A stretch of 53,703 bases of DNA from Candidatus Epulonipiscium sp. (GTDB taxonomy: Bacteria; Bacillota; Clostridia; Lachnospirales; JAAYNZ01), in assembly GCA_012520595.1 (NCBI GenBank), contig JAAYNZ010000020.1, positions 1 through 53,703 on the forward strand, in the 5' to 3' direction. The notes beneath the pieces were generated by a model that saw only the letters and a list, made by a program, of their open reading frames with translations, was not told the origin of the DNA and did no database searches. Shown piece by piece: positions 9,863 to 19,742 of the stretch (position 1 is the first letter of the stretch; each line of letters opens with the position of its first letter). Both the position numbers and the translations under genes were made by a program.

Positions 9863-10269
9863 ATTGGATTAATCCTGTTTATGGAATCATTACAGATAGA
9901 TTTGGAGAGAGAGAAAACCCCATATTAAAAAAGAAAGAATTTCATACAGGAATCGATATCGGAGCACCTTTAGGAACACCCATTATGGCTGTGCAAGCTG
10001 GAAAGATCAAAGAAGTAAAAAAATCTGCTACGTATGGTCATGTAGTTGTGTACGATACTATCGATGGGTATACTATTTTATATGCCCATTGTCAGGAAAT
10101 TTTTATTCAAGAAGAAGAGGAAATTCAACAAGGACAAATTATTGCTGCTATTGGGGATACAGGGTTAGCCACAGGGCCCCATTTGCACTATGAAATTGTT
10201 AAAGATGGAATTTTAATCGATCCCATACAATATGTATCTTTACCTTTTATTCGATCTTTAGAACCATAG
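9859..10269 (+). CDS. M23/LytM peptidase domain, the C-terminal half of the SpoIVFA-like protein, in the -1 frame
   Basis: The frame reads VDWINPVYGIITDRFGERENPILKKKEFHTGIDIGAPLGTPIM...TGPHLHYE. The HTGID motif lies upstream of the first ATG (9985). Confidence 0.85.
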   Translation, partial: VDWINPVYGIITDRFGERENPILKKKEFHTGIDIGAPLGTPIMAVQAGKIKEVKKSATYGHVVVYDTIDGYTILYAHCQEIFIQEEEEIQQGQIIAAIGDTGLATGPHLHYEIVKDGILIDPIQYVSLPFIRSLEP

Positions 10270-10284
10270 AGAAAGAGGTTATCT

Positions 10285-11154
10285 ATGTTTAAAATTCGTT
10301 TTCATCCATTAGTAATCATTTTATTTATGGTTTCAATTGCTCTAAATAAAGTAGGGCAATTTTTTATTCTATTTTTCGTGATTACTGTTCATGAATTTTC
10401 TCATATTTTAGCAAGCAAAAAAGGGAAGGTCAAATGCATAAAATGGAGTTTCCTTCCTGTTGGTCAAGCTGCTTTTATTGAAGATTTAGTATTGCAGCCT
10501 CCTTGGAAACAAACCATTATTTTATTAGCAGGTCCTATGAGTAATTTCATTATAGCTGCAATAGGGCATTTGTTTATAATGATAGACCATCCTTATGTTC
10601 AATTTTTCCTTATATCTAATATAGCGATTGGGATTTTTAATTTATTACCCATTTATCCTTTAGATGGGGGTAAAATTCTATATGGATGGTTGGCTCATTA
10701 TAGGGGCAATTTACAGGCTATGAAACAAATGTTATATCTTAGTCGAAAGTGGATAGAATTGCTAAAGGTTTTTGGTATAATACAAATAATTTTATATCCA
10801 TTTAATAGTAGTTTGCTTTTTATTTGTTTTTATCTTAACTATATAAATAAAAAACAGCAACTTTTTGGAACTTATGAATTATATAAAATGATGTGGATAA
10901 AACAGAAATATATAGATAAAACAGAAATGTGTAATTTTGTATATTGTCGCAGGACGCATGTAGAAACCTCATTTGCAAAAATTTTACAGACATTTTCGAC
11001 TTCACGCTATGATGTGTTTTTAGTTCAAACAAAAACAATTCAGCAACCTCAAATTATTTTTGAAAAAGAATTATTCGCTTATATATTAAAATATGGTATG
11101 GAGGGAACCATTGAAGATTATTTGGAGTTTCAAAAGAACCAAGCAAAATGTTGA
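10285..11154 (+). CDS. spoIVFB: M50 intramembrane metalloprotease, SpoIVFB-like (pro-sigma-K processing)
   Basis: HEFSH, AGPMSN and NLLPIYPLDGG motifs. Lies between the min cluster and rplU as in Bacillus. Confidence 0.82.
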   Translation: MFKIRFHPLVIILFMVSIALNKVGQFFILFFVITVHEFSHILASKKGKVKCIKWSFLPVGQAAFIEDLVLQPPWKQTIILLAGPMSNFIIAAIGHLFIMIDHPYVQFFLISNIAIGIFNLLPIYPLDGGKILYGWLAHYRGNLQAMKQMLYLSRKWIELLKVFGIIQIILYPFNSSLLFICFYLNYINKKQQLFGTYELYKMMWIKQKYIDKTEMCNFVYCRRTHVETSFAKILQTFSTSRYDVFLVQTKTIQQPQIIFEKELFAYILKYGMEGTIEDYLEFQKNQAKC

Positions 11155-11179
11155 TATTGCATTTAAAGTAGGATATGAT
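11151..11179 (+). promoter_or_regulatory. Putative sigma-A promoter
   Basis: TTGATA-N17-TATGAT. Confidence 0.5.
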
Positions 11180-11219
11180 AAAAAAGAATATAGTAAATAC
11201 AAATGGAGGAAATACAAAT

Positions 11220-13064
11220 ATGAATAGAAGAGTACCGGATGAAATTTTGTTGCAAGTAGAAAAACCGGGACGTTACATTGGTAATGAAATCAATATGGTT
11301 CGTAAAAAAAAGGAACATATTGATATTCGATTTGCTTTTTGTTTTCCAGATGTTTATGAGATAGGAATGTCCCATTTGGGAATGCAGATATTATATCATT
11401 TTTTAAATAAGCGAGAAGATACTTATTGTGAGCGAGTGTTTGCACCTTGGATTGACTTAGAAAAACACATGCGAAAGCATAAAATCCCTTTGTTTGCTTT
11501 AGAAACCCAAGATCCGATTCAGAATTTTGATTTTGTAGGATTTACACTTCAATATGAAATGAGTTATACCAATCTTTTAAATATGTTAGATTTAGCGGGA
11601 ATTCCTTTATATAGTGAACAACGGAAGGAAGAAGATCCCATTATTTGTGCTGGAGGACCTTGTGCTTATAATCCTGAACCTTTAGCAGACTTTATTGACT
11701 TTTTTTACATTGGCGAAGGGGAAGTGATGTTAAATCAAATATTAGATTTATACAAGAAAAACAAACAAAACGGAGGAACACGACATCAGTTTTTGGAAAA
11801 ATTATTGTCAGTAGAAGGAGTTTATGTTCCAAAATTTTATAAAGTAAGTTATAAAGAAACAGGGGAGATCGCTTCTTTTATTCCTCTTCATCCAAAAGCA
11901 AAGACAAAAATTACGAAACAAGTAGTAGAACAATTTGATAAAAATCATTATCCTAGTAAACCATTGGTTCCTCTGCTCCAAACAGTTCATGACCGAGTGG
12001 TCTTAGAGGTTTTTCGTGGATGCCTTCGTGGATGTCGATTTTGCCAAGCGGGAATGGTTTACCGACCTGTTCGTGAAAAACAAGTCGATCAATTACTAGA
12101 ACAAGCTGATCAGCTTTTAAAAGCTACTGGACATGAAGAAATTTCTTTGTCTTCTTTAAGTACCAGTGATTATTCCGAAATAAAACAATTAATGACTGCA
12201 TTAGTTCATCGATATAGTACAAAAGGAATTAATATTTCTTTACCATCCATGCGTATCGATGCTTTTTCTCTTGAATTAATGAAAAAATTACAAGACATCC
12301 GTAAGAGCAGCTTAACCTTTGCACCAGAAGCTGGAACCCAACGACTTCGAAATGTTATTAATAAAGGATTAACAGAAGAAGATATTTTAGAAGGATCTAA
12401 ATTAGCTTTTGAAGGTGGTTGGGAACGAGTTAAGTTATACTTTATGATGGGTTTACCTACGGAAACAGAAGAAGATTTACAAGGTATTGCTATTTTAGGA
12501 CATGAGATTGTGGAAACTTTTTATCAAGTACCCAAAGAACAGCGAGGAAGAAACATAAAAGTAGTTATTAGCACTTCTTGTTTTGTTCCTAAACCTTTTA
12601 CTCCTTTTCAATGGGAAGCCCAAAATACTTATGAGGAGTTTATGGAAAAACAACGTTTATTAAAAACAAAGATTACAAAAAGACAAGTTCAATATCAGTA
12701 TCATGATGCAAAACTCAGTGTATTAGAAGGTGTAATTGCTCGAGGAGACCGAAAGGTTGGACAAGTGATTTATGAGGCTTGGAAACAAGGATGTGTTTTT
12801 GATGGGTGGTCCGAACAATTTCATTATGAAAAGTGGCAAGAAGCCTTTAAAATAACAGGAATCAATCCTGATTTTTATGCTCACCGAAAAAGAAATCTAG
12901 ATGAAATTTTACCTTGGGATCATATTTCAATCGGTGTTACTAAAGGATTTTTAAAGAAAGAATATGAAAAAGCTCTTCAAGAGCAAACGACTTCTCATTG
13001 TCGTCTTCAATGTGAACATTGTGGAGCCATGATTTTCAAAGGAGGAGTTTGCTATGAAATATAG
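11220..13064 (+). CDS. B12-binding radical SAM protein, TIGR03960-like
   Basis: FPDVYEIGMSHLG and RGCLRGCRFC (CxxxCxxC) motifs; TFAPEAG. ATG 11220 after ggagg. Confidence 0.9.
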   Translation: MNRRVPDEILLQVEKPGRYIGNEINMVRKKKEHIDIRFAFCFPDVYEIGMSHLGMQILYHFLNKREDTYCERVFAPWIDLEKHMRKHKIPLFALETQDPIQNFDFVGFTLQYEMSYTNLLNMLDLAGIPLYSEQRKEEDPIICAGGPCAYNPEPLADFIDFFYIGEGEVMLNQILDLYKKNKQNGGTRHQFLEKLLSVEGVYVPKFYKVSYKETGEIASFIPLHPKAKTKITKQVVEQFDKNHYPSKPLVPLLQTVHDRVVLEVFRGCLRGCRFCQAGMVYRPVREKQVDQLLEQADQLLKATGHEEISLSSLSTSDYSEIKQLMTALVHRYSTKGINISLPSMRIDAFSLELMKKLQDIRKSSLTFAPEAGTQRLRNVINKGLTEEDILEGSKLAFEGGWERVKLYFMMGLPTETEEDLQGIAILGHEIVETFYQVPKEQRGRNIKVVISTSCFVPKPFTPFQWEAQNTYEEFMEKQRLLKTKITKRQVQYQYHDAKLSVLEGVIARGDRKVGQVIYEAWKQGCVFDGWSEQFHYEKWQEAFKITGINPDFYAHRKRNLDEILPWDHISIGVTKGFLKKEYEKALQEQTTSHCRLQCEHCGAMIFKGGVCYEI

Positions 13065-13749
13065 GTTGAAATTTAAAAAAGAGGATGAAATAAAATTTAT
13101 TGGACATTTAGATTTGATGCGTGTTTTTCAAAAAGCAATTCGAAGAGCCCAGATACCCATTGCTTATTCAGAAGGTTTTAATCCCCATCAATTAGTTACT
13201 TTTCCCTTGCCCCTTACCTTAGGAGCCACCAGTGAAGGAGAGTATATGGAATTACAATTAACAAAGGAGATGAATATAGAAATTCTTTGTGAGCAATTAA
13301 ATCAACAATTGCCTTTGGGTTTAATCATCTTAGATGGACTTCCTTTGTTGGATACATCAACGAAAGGAATGACCATTGTCCAAGGAGCCCAATATGAACT
13401 GAGGTACCCCATTCTATTAGCTCAATCTTTGAATTGGCAAAGTAAAATTCATGAATTTCTCAATCAGACCCAAATTATGATTAAAAAACAAACGAAAACT
13501 AAAACTCAAATGGTGAATATTCGAGAGGGAATTTATTGCATGGATGGGTGGAATGCAGGACAAAGGTTAGTTTTAGATCTTTTCCTAGCTGCAGGGAGTC
13601 GGCAAAATATTCGACCCGAATGGGTTATGGAGAGTTTTTTGCAATTTTGTGGACTGCCTTTTTCAGCTTCCCAATTACAAATTCATCGAAAAGATCTTTT
13701 TGCCCTAAAAAATAAAGAGTGGGTCTCATTACAACATTTTATAGATTGA
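13054..13749 (+). CDS. Radical SAM-linked protein (TIGR03936/DUF2344-like)
   Basis: FIGHLDLMR...YSEGFNPH motif. Overlaps the end of the radical SAM gene. Confidence 0.88.
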   Translation: MKYRLKFKKEDEIKFIGHLDLMRVFQKAIRRAQIPIAYSEGFNPHQLVTFPLPLTLGATSEGEYMELQLTKEMNIEILCEQLNQQLPLGLIILDGLPLLDTSTKGMTIVQGAQYELRYPILLAQSLNWQSKIHEFLNQTQIMIKKQTKTKTQMVNIREGIYCMDGWNAGQRLVLDLFLAAGSRQNIRPEWVMESFLQFCGLPFSASQLQIHRKDLFALKNKEWVSLQHFID

Positions 13750-13777
13750 CGGATGTAAGGAAAATGAAGGAGGACCT

Positions 13778-15214
13778 ATGAAAGAAATAATTGTAGAAGT
13801 AGGCATGCAGTATACAAGAACTGCTTTAGTGGAAGACAAAGAATTAGTTGAATTTTACGTAGAAGAAAACAAACAACAATCGGTAGTGGGCAATATTTAT
13901 AAAGGTTTAATACAGAAAGTGATTCCTGGTTTAGGAGCTGCATTTATTGATGTTGGAGAAGAAAAAAATGCTTATTTATCATTAGCAGAACAGCCCCCTG
14001 TATTTTGGGATTCTGGGATTTCTCCTTCTACTTTAAAAGGAGGACAAGGGGTTACGGTACAAGCCATTAAGGAAGGAACAGAGGTAAAAGGAATTACTGT
14101 TACTACTCATATAAGCCTTCCAGGCAAGTTTTTTGTGTTACTTTCAGATCGTGGAGATATTCATGTTTCAAAAAAAATAAAAGAAGAATCAGAAAGACAA
14201 CGACTTATCCAAATTGCTCAAAAATATAAAAAAGAAAATCACGGTGTAATTATTCGCACAGAAGCGAAAGAAAGAACAGAAGAAGAACTTCGCAGAGACT
14301 ATTTATCTCTACAAAAAAAGTGGGAGGATATTTTAAAAAGGCAAGCCTATGCAATGCCAAAGACTCTGATTCATCAGGAATTTTCATCAGGATTGAAGAA
14401 TGCAAGGGAATTTTTCACAGAAGAAGTTGATGCTTATAAAATAAATAACCAGAAACTATATGAACAAGTAAGAGATTTTGTTTCCAAGTTTTCTCCGCCT
14501 TTAGTTCACAAAGTGCAGTATACAGAAAAAGATTTATTCAGGGAGTATGGACTAGAATTAAAAGTGATAAAAGCATTAAAGCCAAAGGTATGGTTAAAAA
14601 GTGGAGGAACTTTATTTATTGAAGAGACAGAGGCATTGACAGTGATTGATGTGAATTCAGGAAAATTTATTGGTAAAAAAAATGTAGAAGATACTATTGT
14701 TCAAACAAACCTAGAAGCCGTAGAAGAAATTGCAAAACAAGTGCGATTAAGAAATCTTAGTGGTATTATTATTATCGATTTTATTGATATGGAGAAAAAA
14801 ATTCATCAGGAGCATATTTTTAATGCTTTAAAAAAAGCTTTTGAAAAGGATCGAGTGCCTACTTATGTTTTAGGAATGACAAGTTTAGGATTGGTTGAAA
14901 TGACTCGCAAAAAAATGAGAAATTCTCTTCAACTTCAATTGTTACAGCCTTGTTCTCATTGTTATGGTGGAAAGCAGTATGGAAAAGCCTTTCTAATTCC
15001 TAAAATTGAAAAAGAAATTCTATCTATTATTAATAATACTTCAGCAAAAGAAATTCTATTAGAAGGTTCAGAAGAAATAATTCATGCTTTTGAGCCTTAT
15101 AAGAAAAAATTTCTAAAACCACTGCAGTTTCAGAAAAATCCTTATGTATCTTCCTTGGGATATAAAGTTTCTCCTCTTTTTTCTTTTAATGAAGATAAAA
15201 TGATTGACAAATAG
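13778..15214 (+). CDS. rng: Rne/Rng family ribonuclease
   Basis: S1 domain (GNIYKG...AAFIDVG), IDVNSG and LRNLSGIIIIDFIDM motifs. Confidence 0.92.
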   Translation: MKEIIVEVGMQYTRTALVEDKELVEFYVEENKQQSVVGNIYKGLIQKVIPGLGAAFIDVGEEKNAYLSLAEQPPVFWDSGISPSTLKGGQGVTVQAIKEGTEVKGITVTTHISLPGKFFVLLSDRGDIHVSKKIKEESERQRLIQIAQKYKKENHGVIIRTEAKERTEEELRRDYLSLQKKWEDILKRQAYAMPKTLIHQEFSSGLKNAREFFTEEVDAYKINNQKLYEQVRDFVSKFSPPLVHKVQYTEKDLFREYGLELKVIKALKPKVWLKSGGTLFIEETEALTVIDVNSGKFIGKKNVEDTIVQTNLEAVEEIAKQVRLRNLSGIIIIDFIDMEKKIHQEHIFNALKKAFEKDRVPTYVLGMTSLGLVEMTRKKMRNSLQLQLLQPCSHCYGGKQYGKAFLIPKIEKEILSIINNTSAKEILLEGSEEIIHAFEPYKKKFLKPLQFQKNPYVSSLGYKVSPLFSFNEDKMIDK

Positions 15215-15235
15215 ATAACTCTATGGTAGTATAAT
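15204..15235 (+). promoter_or_regulatory. Sigma-A promoter for the rplU operon
   Basis: TTGACA-N17-TAGTAT with an extended TG; TATAAT overlaps 3 nt further on. Confidence 0.7.
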
Positions 15236-15239
15236 TCAG

Positions 15240-15305
15240 TGTGTAACTTCCGCACGAAGAGGTAAGAAACAAAATAGAATTTTGTACCATATTCGGCGAG
15301 ATTGG
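15240..15305 (+). ncRNA. Ribosomal protein L21 leader (cis-regulatory RNA)
   Basis: CCGCAC...AGGT...ACC...GGCGAG pattern with an internal acaaaat/attttgt stem, in the rplU 5' UTR. Recognised by eye; boundaries approximate. Confidence 0.75.
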
Positions 15306-15322
15306 ATAGAGGAGGTGCCTGC

Positions 15323-15634
15323 ATGTACGCAATTATTGAGACAGGTGGCAAACAGTATAAAGTGCAAGAAGGAGATATTCTAAAAATAGAAAAATTAGGA
15401 ATGGCTCCTGGAGAAGCAGTTGTTTTTGATAAAGTAATTGCTCTTTCTAAAGATGGCACATTAGCAGTTGGTAGTCCTTATGTAAATAATACAACCGTTT
15501 CAGCTTCTGTAGTAAACGAAGGAAAAAATAAAAAAATTATCGTTTACAAGTATAAAGCAAAAAAAGGATACCATAAAAAGCAAGGTCATAGACAACCTTA
15601 CACTGAAGTAAAAATTGAAAAAATTAATGGATAA
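15323..15634 (+). CDS. rplU: 50S ribosomal protein L21
   Basis: [14 protein letters not shown]...GHRQPYT. RBS ggaggtg. Confidence 0.98.
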   Translation: MYAIIETGGKQYKVQEGDILKIEKLGMAPGEAVVFDKVIALSKDGTLAVGSPYVNNTTVSASVVNEGKNKKIIVYKYKAKKGYHKKQGHRQPYTEVKIEKING

Positions 15635-15636
15635 TC

Positions 15637-15987
15637 ATGATTAGCATAACTATTTTTCGCAGGAAAAAAAATCAGATTTGTGGGTTCCAAGTAAAAGGGC
15701 ATGCAGAATATGGCCCTTATGGAAAAGATATTCTTTGCTCTGCAGTGACGGCATTGGTGTTTAATACGATTAATTCCATTGAAGCACTAACCTTAGAACC
15801 TATTGAATATGAATATAAGTCCGAGGGAGGATTTATACGTTGTCATTTTTTAAATGCTAGTAAATCAGATCTTGGACAAGATGCAAAATTATTAGTTGAA
15901 TCAATGCTTTTAGGATTATCTCATATTCAAAAAGATTATGGTAATGAGTATATACAAATTATAGATGAGGAGGTGGAATTATGTTAA
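15637..15987 (+). CDS. prp: Ribosomal-processing cysteine protease Prp (YsxB)
   Basis: GHAEY...[10 protein letters not shown]. Lies between rplU and rpmA. Confidence 0.93.
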   Translation: MISITIFRRKKNQICGFQVKGHAEYGPYGKDILCSAVTALVFNTINSIEALTLEPIEYEYKSEGGFIRCHFLNASKSDLGQDAKLLVESMLLGLSHIQKDYGNEYIQIIDEEVELC

Positions 15988-16271
15988 GTATGAACCTTCA
16001 GTTTTTTGCATCTAAAAAAGGGGTTGGTTCTAGTAAGAATGGACGTGACTCCGAATCAAAACGTTTAGGTGCAAAAAGAGCAGATGGACAATTTGTAAAA
16101 GCAGGTAACATTCTTTATCGACAACGAGGAACGAAAATTCATCCTGGTATGAATGTAGGACGAGGTGGAGATGACACCTTATTTGCTTTAGTCGACGGAG
16201 TCGTAAAATTCGAACGAAAAGGCAAAAAAAGAAAACAAGTTTCTGTATATCCTGAAGCAATTGCACAATAA
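15981..16271 (+). CDS. rpmA: 50S ribosomal protein L27 with Prp-cleaved N-terminal extension
   Basis: [24 protein letters not shown]. Confidence 0.98.
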   Translation: MLSMNLQFFASKKGVGSSKNGRDSESKRLGAKRADGQFVKAGNILYRQRGTKIHPGMNVGRGGDDTLFALVDGVVKFERKGKKRKQVSVYPEAIAQ

Positions 16272-16282
16272 TAAGTATAGAG

Positions 16283-16318
16283 AAGCAGGTTTCCAATCGT
16301 ATGTGGGGGCCTGCTTTT
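16283..16318 (+). terminator. Terminator after rpmA
   Basis: aagcaggtttcca / tgggggcctgctt stem with G-U pairs, plus T tail. Confidence 0.6.
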
Positions 16319-16338
16319 AAAATACAAAAAAGAGGTGA

Positions 16339-17625
<1,287 letters not shown>

Positions 17626-17676
17626 TCATCATTTTTTATTTTATATTAAATTGATATTAACATAAGGAGGTTTTCT

Positions 17677-17967
17677 ATGATTACAAGTAAACAAAGGGCT
17701 TATTTGAGGGGACTAGCTAATACCATAGAACCTATTTTCCAAGTAGGGAAATATGGGGTAACACCTGAATTAACTTCAGCCATTGATGAAGCTTTAGAGG
17801 CAAGAGAATTAATTAAGATACACATTTTACAAAACTGTATGGAAGATCCTAAAGACATTTGCCAAAAGCTTTCAGAACGAACTCATTCAGAGCCAGTACA
17901 AGTTATTGGGAAAAAGATTGTATTATATCGACCTTCAAAAGAAAAATCAAAAATTCAACTTCCCTAA
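17677..17967 (+). CDS. yhbY: CRM-domain RNA-binding protein YhbY
   Basis: TSKQRAYLR...ARELIK...QVIGKKIVLYR. Confidence 0.95.
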   Translation: MITSKQRAYLRGLANTIEPIFQVGKYGVTPELTSAIDEALEARELIKIHILQNCMEDPKDICQKLSERTHSEPVQVIGKKIVLYRPSKEKSKIQLP

Positions 17968-17978
17968 ATAGGAGGGTT

Positions 17979-18005
17979 GGCGACATAAAAGTCGCCTTTT
18001 TATTT
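17979..18005 (+). terminator. Intrinsic terminator after yhbY
   Basis: ggcgac-ataaaa-gtcgcc followed by tttttattt. Confidence 0.8.
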
Positions 18006-18076
18006 CTTTTTTTCATAGAGTAGTATATAATAAATGAGGTATACCTTTACAGAATGTTTTTAAAAGGAGTTTATTT

Positions 18077-18712
18077 ATGCGTAATCTCATGCTTAAAGAT
18101 AAAAAATTAGAAAGATTAGCCATTATGGGGGGGACTTTTGATCCGATTCATTATGGGCATTTAGTAACGGCAGAAGCAGTACGACATCAATTTCAAATCA
18201 ATAAAGTATTGTTTGTACCAACAGGACATCCACCACATAAACCTTTTTTTGATGTAAGCCATACGGAACATCGCTATCTTATGACAGTGTTAGCTACAGT
18301 GACAAATCCCTACTTTGATGTATCACGAATAGAAATTGATCGCAAAGGAATTACTTATACCATCGATACAATTCAGCATTTAAAAAAAATATATGGTTCC
18401 AATACGGAATTATACTTTATTACAGGTGCTGATGCTATCCATGAAATTTTAACTTGGAAAGATCCAGAAGAAGTTCTTCGGCTTTGTACTTTTATAGCTG
18501 CCACTCGACCTGAATATCATAAAAAAGATTTATTAAAAAAGATTGAACAACTTCGTCAACAGTATGGATCAAAAATAGATTTTTTAGAAGTACCCTCTTT
18601 GGCCATTTCCTCATCAGATATTCGAAAAAGGGTACAAGAAAATCGTCCTATCAAGTATCTTTTACCTGAGCCTGTAGAAAATTATATTTTTAAGTTTGGA
18701 TTATATCAATAA
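18077..18712 (+). CDS. nadD: Nicotinate-nucleotide adenylyltransferase
   Basis: [17 protein letters not shown] and ISSSDIR motifs. Confidence 0.96.
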   Translation: MRNLMLKDKKLERLAIMGGTFDPIHYGHLVTAEAVRHQFQINKVLFVPTGHPPHKPFFDVSHTEHRYLMTVLATVTNPYFDVSRIEIDRKGITYTIDTIQHLKKIYGSNTELYFITGADAIHEILTWKDPEEVLRLCTFIAATRPEYHKKDLLKKIEQLRQQYGSKIDFLEVPSLAISSSDIRKRVQENRPIKYLLPEPVENYIFKFGLYQ

Positions 18713-18744
18713 ATAACTTATTATTTTAGGAAAAAGGTGATCGA

Positions 18745-19317
18745 ATGTTATCCTATGAAACCATGGTTGAGAAATTACGTTCGTCTCTTTCACCCAAACG
18801 CTTCATACATACCTTACATGTTGTAGACACCGCATTGGAGTTAGCTGATTTTTATCACGAAGACAGGGAAAAGACCAAAATTGCAGCATTACTACATGAT
18901 TGTGCAAAAGACTACCCTTATTTGTTAAAAGTACAATTATGTAAGGAGTTTCATATTGTTTTAGATCCTATTACGCAGAAAAATCCAGAATTAATTCACA
19001 GCTTTTTAGGAGCAGAAATCGCAAAAAGAGAATATAAAGTAGAAGACGGATACATACTGAATTCCATTCGATACCATACTACAGGTAGAGCCAATATGAC
19101 TTTGCTGGAAAAGATTGTATTTTTAGCTGACTACATGGAACCCACTCGCCTCCTTTTTCCTGGTTTAGAAGAAGTCAGAGCCCTCGCCTATGTTCATTTA
19201 GATAAAGCCATTTATCAAGCTTTGTTGTTAACCATAGCATATATTAAGGAACAAGGATTCCTTCTGCATCCATTAACACAAGAGGCAGTGGATGATTTAA
19301 AAGCAAAGTTCCTATAA
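18745..19317 (+). CDS. yqeK: HD-domain Ap4A hydrolase YqeK
   Basis: RFIH, LLHDCAK, RYHTTG and LADYMEP motifs. Follows nadD. Confidence 0.92.
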   Translation: MLSYETMVEKLRSSLSPKRFIHTLHVVDTALELADFYHEDREKTKIAALLHDCAKDYPYLLKVQLCKEFHIVLDPITQKNPELIHSFLGAEIAKREYKVEDGYILNSIRYHTTGRANMTLLEKIVFLADYMEPTRLLFPGLEEVRALAYVHLDKAIYQALLLTIAYIKEQGFLLHPLTQEAVDDLKAKFL

Positions 19318-19332
19318 GAAAGGAGAAAATTA

Positions 19333-19692
19333 ATGATTATTTCAGAACAAGGGAAAGAAATGTTAAGAGTTGTATATCATGCATTAGATGAAAAACAAGG
19401 AGAAGATATTCGTATTCTTGATATCCATGGTATTTCTATACTGGCAGATTATTTTGTTATTACCCATGGGAATAATCAGAATCATGTCCAAGCTTTAGCG
19501 GAGCATGTAATAGAATCTTTAGCAGAAGCCGGGTATAGACTACTACGAAGAGAAGGGGAGGCGACCTCTTCTTGGATATTATTAGATTATGGTCATATAA
19601 TGATTCATGTTTTTGGGAAAGAAGAAAGAAACTTTTATGATTTGGAACGAATCTGGAGTGATGGAAAAGAAATTACTGCCAGTCATTTTTAA
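19333..19692 (+). CDS. rsfS: Ribosome silencing factor RsfS
   Basis: ADYFVI, WILLDYG and FYDLERIW motifs. Confidence 0.95.
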   Translation: MIISEQGKEMLRVVYHALDEKQGEDIRILDIHGISILADYFVITHGNNQNHVQALAEHVIESLAEAGYRLLRREGEATSSWILLDYGHIMIHVFGKEERNFYDLERIWSDGKEITASHF

Positions 19693-19713
19693 CTATAAAA
19701 TAGAAGGACATAA

Positions 19714-19742
19714 TAAAACAACTGTCAATGACAGTTGTTTTA
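19714..19742. terminator. Bidirectional terminator-like palindrome between the convergent rsfS and dac genes
   Basis: taaaacaactgtca-a-tgacagttgtttta. Confidence 0.7.

Noticed and set aside
9985-10269. The 94-aa ORF as an independent M23 gene
   Set aside because: It starts downstream of the HTGID motif and has no RBS. The domain begins near 9865.
15637-16271. N-terminally extended L27 with its dedicated protease
   Set aside because: This is the well-described Firmicutes Prp/L27 system and is not novel.
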